Shown one piece after another: positions 58,628 to 64,000 of a DNA stretch of 64,000 nucleotides. Positions within the stretch are counted from its first letter, which is position 1. Every line of letters starts with the position of its first letter. The translations under genes were made by a program, and so were the position numbers. The stretch comes from a virus, in the IMG/VR virus record IMGVR_UViG_3300020048_000039, positions 1-64,000 of that record. One strand, given 5' to 3'. The notes under the pieces are model-generated. The model searched no databases, was not told the DNA's origin, and saw nothing but the letters and a program-made list of their open reading frames with translations.

Positions 58628-60120
58628 TGGCGAGAATCCCCAACACTACAACATTTTCATTACAGAACGTATTAGACGTAATTGCACCACGAATTACAGA
58701 TATTTGTGATGCGTATTTATATTCTAATACACATGGTTTTGATTCATACTATAGTGGCGAAAAAAATTCATTGTTGAATTTTAGAAACTATTTTGGTAAT
58801 GTATATTATTTCGCTAATTCAGGTGATGATACTTTTGGAGATGGCAGTATTGATAATCCATATGCAACTTTAAGTAAGTTGTCAGAATTGTCATTGGTCT
58901 CAGGTGATAATGTGCTTTTTAAACGTGGTGATACTTTTCGGGGGGCATTAATAATTAATGGCAGCGGTGTCGCACTAAGTGCAATTACTTTCTCATCATA
59001 TGGAATTGGTTCAAAGCCATTAATTTTAGGTTCAAAAGATGCCTCTGATATTAGCAATTGGGTAGAATATTCGGAAAGTATATGGGCAACCATTGCTGGT
59101 TATACATATGGTGAAATTGGTAATATATATTTTAATGATGATTCATCATATGGTTTTAGAAAACAAACATTAAGTGCCTGCACATCACAAGGAGACTTTT
59201 ATCTTGACTTAATAACAAAAAAATTATACCTATATTCCATTGTAAATCCGAGTGATTTTTATAATAATATTGAGGTTGGAGGTGTTTATAGTGACCATAT
59301 AATTACGTTATATAATAAAAATTACATAAACATAAGAAATCTTAGCATTAAATATTCATCTTGGCACGGACTAAACATATATCAATCTAATTATTGTGTT
59401 ATTGAAAATTGTGATTTTTCTTGGATTGGCGGTTCATTTGCTGGTATGACGGATGGTACACGCCTTGGCAATGCTATACAATTATGGAAACAGTGTAGCA
59501 ATATAATTATTAGATATAATAACATTTCACAGGCATATGATGCAGGTATAACACCACAAGGGAGCAGTACGTATTTGCAAAACGATATATGGATTTATAA
59601 TAATGTGATTACAAATTGTTGGTATAGCTACGAAGTTTTTGAATATGTTGGAGCTTCAATGACCAATATTAATTTCGACAACAATACCTGTATAAATGCA
59701 GGCAATTGCTGGTCGGCATTACAAAGACCATCTAAAACAAACGAAAGGCACGTTATGTGGTGGGGTGCAGAAGGAATTGTAATTAATTGCAATATTCGCA
59801 ATAATATATTTTATGAAATTACTGATAATAATCAAGCATTAAGATTCGATGCAGCTTGCCATGCTATACTTAAGAATAATCTTTATTACGTTACAACTGT
59901 AGGTAGAATAGGGTATCCAATTCCAATAACCTACGCTACACTTGCATCGTGGCAATTGGCTACATCTAATGACATTGGCTCGATATCGGCAAATCCTTTA
60001 TTTGTTTCAACAATTGATTATCATTTATTATCTGGCTCTCCTGCAATAAACGCTGGTATTGATGTTGGGTTGTCATACAGTGGAATTGCACCAGATATTG
60101 GTGCTTATGAATATGCTTAA
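58627..60120 (+). CDS. right-handed parallel beta-helix protein (pectin-lyase fold, possible depolymerase or receptor binding)
   Basis: GDDT..DG....PYATL, GDNVLFKRGDTF, repeated NN.I..N strands, LLSGSPAINAG...PDIGAYE. Confidence 0.8.
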   Translation: MARIPNTTTFSLQNVLDVIAPRITDICDAYLYSNTHGFDSYYSGEKNSLLNFRNYFGNVYYFANSGDDTFGDGSIDNPYATLSKLSELSLVSGDNVLFKRGDTFRGALIINGSGVALSAITFSSYGIGSKPLILGSKDASDISNWVEYSESIWATIAGYTYGEIGNIYFNDDSSYGFRKQTLSACTSQGDFYLDLITKKLYLYSIVNPSDFYNNIEVGGVYSDHIITLYNKNYINIRNLSIKYSSWHGLNIYQSNYCVIENCDFSWIGGSFAGMTDGTRLGNAIQLWKQCSNIIIRYNNISQAYDAGITPQGSSTYLQNDIWIYNNVITNCWYSYEVFEYVGASMTNINFDNNTCINAGNCWSALQRPSKTNERHVMWWGAEGIVINCNIRNNIFYEITDNNQALRFDAACHAILKNNLYYVTTVGRIGYPIPITYATLASWQLATSNDIGSISANPLFVSTIDYHLLSGSPAINAGIDVGLSYSGIAPDIGAYEYA

Positions 60121-60229
60121 TATTAAACAGTCGGGTTGAAATTAGAAAATGATATGTAGCTGCTAAGAGTATAATATTTAATAATTGATTATTATTATTA
60201 AATTCTTAGATTAATAATGAGTTTTTTTA

Positions 60230-60237
60230 GTATTTAT
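60230..60237 (+). promoter_or_regulatory. putative late promoter GTATTTAT
   Basis: Upstream of 60276. Confidence 0.55.
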
Positions 60238-60275
60238 CATATGGTATAGGTAATACCAAAATAAATTTTTATAAA

Positions 60276-61985
60276 ATGGGATTCGAAACAAAATCTAATT
60301 TAGCTGATGGCAAATTTAAACAGTGCAACACTGATGTAATGGCGTTATCTGGTTGTACACAGATAATTGGTACGTTAGATATTTACCCTTCTGGCACTAT
60401 TGATTCGTGTAGTGGATATAGAATTTCAGGCTCAACAGTACTGAGGACATCAAATGGTTCATTAGATTCGATATATTTGGGTAGACTTGCAGGGTCAGAT
60501 GGAAGCGGAGTAGGCAATTTTGGTGTAGGCTTATGTGCATTAGCATCTAACACAACTGGTAGTAATAACATTGCGCAAGGCTATTCTGCATTATATAGTA
60601 ATATAAGTGGTACAAATAACATTGCACAAGGTTATGCGGCAATGAGTGGCAATAGTACAGGTAGCAATAACATTGCATTAGGCTATAATGCATTAATGAA
60701 CAATTATGATGGTGGTAATAATATCGCATTAGGTTGCAAATCATTGTTTTGTGGTATTGGAAATAGTGGTAATCTGGCTATTGGTAATTTTTCATTATCC
60801 AGCAATATTACTGGCTGTAATAATGTCTCAATTGGTACTAATTCTTTAACTTGTAATAACAATGGTTGTAACAATACTGTAATGGGTATTGCTGCATTAG
60901 CAGGTAACTGTAGTGGTTCTACGAATACTGCAATTGGAATGTGTACAATGAGTTGTAATAGGGGTGGCTGTCGTAACTCTGCTATTGGATATTGTAGCAT
61001 ATTTCGTAATTCTTATGGACTTGATAATGTTGCAATTGGCTATTCATCGTTACGTAGTAATACAACTGGCTGTAATAATATTGCTATAGGTGCTAATGCA
61101 TTATGTTTCAGTACCACAGCATCATCTAATGTTGCCATTGGTAAATCATCATTGTTTAATAGTCTAAGCGGTAGTGATAATATTGGTGTTGGTATTTACA
61201 CGTTAAGCGGAACTACTACAGGCTGGAATAATATTGCGCTTGGTAGTTGTTCGTTAGCTTGTAATAAATGCGGATGTAATAATATTGCTGTTGGTTGTAT
61301 GGCATTATTTAATAATTGTGGTGGCAGAGATAATATTGCCATTGGACTCAATTCATTGTCTTATAATTGTTCGGGTAGAGATAATATTGCAATTGGTGGA
61401 AATTCTTCTACTGGTCACGCCTGTGGCTGCTACAACATTGCTCTTGGTGTTGAAGCATTTTCTGTTAATGTCTGTGGATGTGATAATATTTCAATTGGCA
61501 GATGTAGTGGTTGGAATAATCAGGGATGTAATAATGTATTTCTTGGTAAATATGCTGGTTTATGTGAATTAGGTTCGAATAGACTACATATAAGTACTTC
61601 TGCAACATACCCGTTAATTTATGGTGAGTTTGACAATAAGATAATTACCATTGATGGTTGTATGTGCATAACCCGTTTACCTGCTAAGTCGGGTGAAACT
61701 AATGTGGTATATATTGACTCAATGGGCAAGCTGAGTTCAGGTGCTACTTCTGCTGGTGGAAGTGGTGTGTGTACGATGGAATTTACTGGAAATAGTACTG
61801 CAACAGGATTTACACTTAATCATGAAATGAGTGCTGCATTTCCAATGGTGCAAGTAGTAAAAAATGTAAGTCCTTATCCAACAGTTTATACTGACATTTC
61901 AAGACCAAATGCGGACTGTGTTTGTGTTACGTTTGATGTTGCACCAGTAACTGGTTTGGTGTATAAAGTATTAATAATAAAATAA
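60276..61985 (+). CDS. Cys-rich beta-roll tail fibre protein
   Basis: About 20 17-aa N.AIG repeats; about 35 Cys in 569 aa. Confidence 0.85.
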   Translation: MGFETKSNLADGKFKQCNTDVMALSGCTQIIGTLDIYPSGTIDSCSGYRISGSTVLRTSNGSLDSIYLGRLAGSDGSGVGNFGVGLCALASNTTGSNNIAQGYSALYSNISGTNNIAQGYAAMSGNSTGSNNIALGYNALMNNYDGGNNIALGCKSLFCGIGNSGNLAIGNFSLSSNITGCNNVSIGTNSLTCNNNGCNNTVMGIAALAGNCSGSTNTAIGMCTMSCNRGGCRNSAIGYCSIFRNSYGLDNVAIGYSSLRSNTTGCNNIAIGANALCFSTTASSNVAIGKSSLFNSLSGSDNIGVGIYTLSGTTTGWNNIALGSCSLACNKCGCNNIAVGCMALFNNCGGRDNIAIGLNSLSYNCSGRDNIAIGGNSSTGHACGCYNIALGVEAFSVNVCGCDNISIGRCSGWNNQGCNNVFLGKYAGLCELGSNRLHISTSATYPLIYGEFDNKIITIDGCMCITRLPAKSGETNVVYIDSMGKLSSGATSAGGSGVCTMEFTGNSTATGFTLNHEMSAAFPMVQVVKNVSPYPTVYTDISRPNADCVCVTFDVAPVTGLVYKVLIIK

Positions 61986-61999
61986 ATCGAAATAAATCA

Positions 62000-62007
62000 G
62001 TATTTAT
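62000..62007 (+). promoter_or_regulatory. putative late promoter GTATTTAT
   Basis: Upstream of 62028. Confidence 0.55.
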
Positions 62008-62027
62008 AATTAAACAAAAACAAAAAC

Positions 62028-62315
62028 ATGTACGAAACACAAACAGACATATCAGATTACCAAAATCCAAACATGGGTACTGGTACTGGCAATACGGCAA
62101 TGTATATTGCACCAAAAACATTAATTCATGAATATTCAACAACAGAATTTTATGTTGGTGTTTCAATTAGTGGTGTAGATACTGCTGCTCCAATATGGTC
62201 AATCAGAAAAATAGTTAAAACAGGTAATGTTTGGGCAACTACCTTATACCCCAATGGTGACCAAGGATTTAATTATATTTGGAATGAAAGACTTAATTAT
62301 TTAAATTATTCCTAA
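62028..62315 (+). CDS. small fibre-associated or structural protein
   Basis: YVG...G.DTAAPIWSIRKI...Y..G...F..IWNER motif; fibre context. Confidence 0.6.
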   Translation: MYETQTDISDYQNPNMGTGTGNTAMYIAPKTLIHEYSTTEFYVGVSISGVDTAAPIWSIRKIVKTGNVWATTLYPNGDQGFNYIWNERLNYLNYS

Positions 62316-62389
62316 AGACTTTATTTGTCATATTTATTAAAATGACATGAGAAACTTGGAATATTTTCAGAAGAGCACTGAACAAGACG

Positions 62390-62397
62390 GTATTTAT
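62390..62397 (+). promoter_or_regulatory. putative late promoter GTATTTAT
   Basis: Upstream of 62436. Confidence 0.5.
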
Positions 62398-62435
62398 GAT
62401 AAATATAATTAACATTTAAATTAAAACAATATAAC

Positions 62436-62825
62436 ATGAGCGAAATACTTAAAATTCTCTTTGGTGAATTTACCACATCACAACTAATAGGATATATTTG
62501 GTTCTTCATAATTGGTTACATTATTTATGGTCTTACAGAAGTTAGTGGTCGTAATGTACAAAGTTCAGCTACTCCTGTAAAGTTTAGTTGGAAATTCTGG
62601 TTTCTTGATAATTGGCGCAGGTACGTAACCACAATTTTGTGTACATACATACTTTTTAGGTTCTATACAGAAATCAATGGAACTACCTTTACATACTTTG
62701 ATGCTGTGACATTAGGTCTCGTTGGAGATGGCATTGCTGCAACTATTAAGAGAAGGATAGATGTAGTAAATCCAAATAGGGCTGATTTAACTACTAAAAT
62801 TAACGAAGAAAATTCTACACAATAA
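62436..62825 (+). CDS. membrane protein, holin candidate
   Basis: Two to three hydrophobic segments and a charged C-terminal tail. Confidence 0.5.
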   Translation: MSEILKILFGEFTTSQLIGYIWFFIIGYIIYGLTEVSGRNVQSSATPVKFSWKFWFLDNWRRYVTTILCTYILFRFYTEINGTTFTYFDAVTLGLVGDGIAATIKRRIDVVNPNRADLTTKINEENSTQ

Positions 62826-62887
62826 ACTATTTAACATTTAATATAAATATTTTTTTTTTATTAAGTAGTATAATGCCTTATTGAATT

Positions 62888-62930
62888 AAAACAATAAACC
62901 CATCAAAATCTGATGGGTTTATTGTTTTTT
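62888..62930 (+). terminator. intrinsic terminator with a perfect 15-bp stem
   Basis: ACAATAAACCCATCA-AAATC-TGATGGGTTTATTGT-TTTTT. Confidence 0.8.
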
Positions 62931-62934
62931 CTGA

Positions 62935-62942
62935 GTATTTAT
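62935..62942 (+). promoter_or_regulatory. putative late promoter GTATTTAT
   Basis: Upstream of ATG 62963. Confidence 0.55.
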
Positions 62943-62962
62943 TATGAAATACTTATAGAAAC

Positions 62963-64000
62963 ATGGCAACATTTACAATTGATTTACTAAACGGTGGTGA
63001 ATATTTATTTAATGCCGATTTTGGTGGTAGTACTGGTAGCACAGCAACAATCACCGCTAATAATGGTCTAACTAAATTAGGCGATAATATTGCATTAGGC
63101 GGTACTTTAACTTGTGATACCACAATTAGTGGTGGTTATACACTGAGTTTATGTAGTGGTACTAAAATTAATACTGATGCAGGTTATCAGATAAGTGGGG
63201 TCACTATGTTTAGAACTTCTTCATCAGCGTTAGGTTCAATATATATTGGTCAATGTAGTGGTAGTGATGTGTCTATTGGTGATAATAATTTTGGTGTAGG
63301 CTTATGTGCATTAGCATCTAACACAACTGGTAGTAATAACATTGCGCAAGGCAATTATGCATTACAAGCCAATACTACAGGTTGTAATAACATTGCACAA
63401 GGCAATAATGCATTATATGGGAATACTACAGGTAGTTATAACATTGCACAAGGCTTATGTTCATTACGTAGCAATATAAGTGGTACTTATAACATTGCAC
63501 AAGGCGGTTTTACATTACAAGCTAATACTACAGGTAGTAATAACATTGCACAAGGTTATGGGGCATTATATGCCAATACTACAGGTAGTGCTAACATTGC
63601 ACAAGGCAATCTGGCATTACGTTGCAATACTACAGGTTGTAATAACATTGCACAAGGCTTATGTGCATTACGTAGCAATACTACAGGTTGTAATAACATT
63701 GCACAAGGCAATCAGGCATTATATAGCAATACTACAGGTAGTTATAACATTGCACAAGGCAATTATGCATTATATGGTAATACTGAAGGCGGTGATAACA
63801 TTGCACAAGGCTATCAAGCATTATATAGCAATACTACGGGTAGTGATAACATTGCACAAGGCGTTTCGGCATTACAAGCTAATACTGAAGGTATTAATAA
63901 CATTGCACAAGGCAATCAAGCATTACATAACAATACTACAGGTAGTAATAACATTGCACAAGGCTCTTATGCATTAGTCAGCAATACTACAGGTAGTAAT
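62963..64000 (+). CDS. beta-roll tail fibre protein, 3'-truncated by the window edge (missing from the ORF track)
   Basis: MATFTIDLLNGGEYLF..., open to the end of the window; NIAQGxxALxxNTTG repeats. Confidence 0.9.
   Translation, partial: MATFTIDLLNGGEYLFNADFGGSTGSTATITANNGLTKLGDNIALGGTLTCDTTISGGYTLSLCSGTKINTDAGYQISGVTMFRTSSSALGSIYIGQCSGSDVSIGDNNFGVGLCALASNTTGSNNIAQGNYALQANTTGCNNIAQGNNALYGNTTGSYNIAQGLCSLRSNISGTYNIAQGGFTLQANTTGSNNIAQGYGALYANTTGSANIAQGNLALRCNTTGCNNIAQGLCALRSNTTGCNNIAQGNQALYSNTTGSYNIAQGNYALYGNTEGGDNIAQGYQALYSNTTGSDNIAQGVSALQANTEGINNIAQGNQALHNNTTGSNNIAQGSYALVSNTTGSN
63338..64000 (+). repeat. 51-bp in-frame tandem array, 13 or more units, constant core AACATTGC(A/G)CAAGG
   Basis: CATTGC recurs at exactly 63340+51n up to 63952. 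Confidence 0.95.

Noticed and set aside
57277-63383. Diversity-generating retroelement (TR/VR pair)
   Set aside because: Only 5 of 8 mismatches are at A in copy 1 (others T>A, G>T, T>C). Both copies are in-frame coding and mid-gene or N-terminal, and there is no reverse transcriptase in the window. An RT beyond the edge cannot be excluded.
63480-63977. 165-aa ORF of VITLHKA repeats (also 57675-57911)
   Set aside because: Alternative-frame reading of the 51-bp fibre repeats; the real frame starts at 62963.
63338-64000. CRISPR array
   Set aside because: The period is exactly 17 codons within an open frame, the 'spacers' are homologous to one another, the constant part is only about 15 bp, and there are no cas genes.
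1-64000. Stop-codon reassignment (code 15 or 4), as in some large Bacteroidota phages
   Set aside because: Genes are full length and densely packed under code 11; TAG ends genes normally at 17023-17025, 38490-38492 and 42932-42934.

Overview
64 kb of a large lytic phage genome with a contractile tail and T4-like gene content (probably jumbo-class). It uses the standard genetic code. The host is probably Bacteroidota, judged from TTG-N19/20-TAnnTTTG promoters and A-rich translation starts without Shine-Dalgarno sites. In order the window holds: tail sheath and tube; a minus-strand block (exonuclease, baseplate spike, a TnpB-only IS200/IS605 element, a gp55-like sigma factor, two glycosyltransferases, PhoH with a class 3 intein); a tail chaperone with a probable -1 frameshift, tape measure, an unexplained 445-bp intergenic element and baseplate genes; a 10-gene glycan biosynthesis cluster; acidic putative head-core proteins; a replication and recombination block (SSB, RecA, 5'-3' exonuclease, DnaB); an atypical initiator-like tRNA-Met and a free-standing endonuclease; and about 18 kb of modular Cys/Ser/Thr/Gly-rich fibre genes with a GT9 glycosyltransferase in their middle, running off the end. 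The strongest candidate for an undescribed system is phage-encoded glycosylation of virion fibres, coupled to cassette shuffling among fibre genes. All protein assignments come from motif recognition by eye; no database searches were run.
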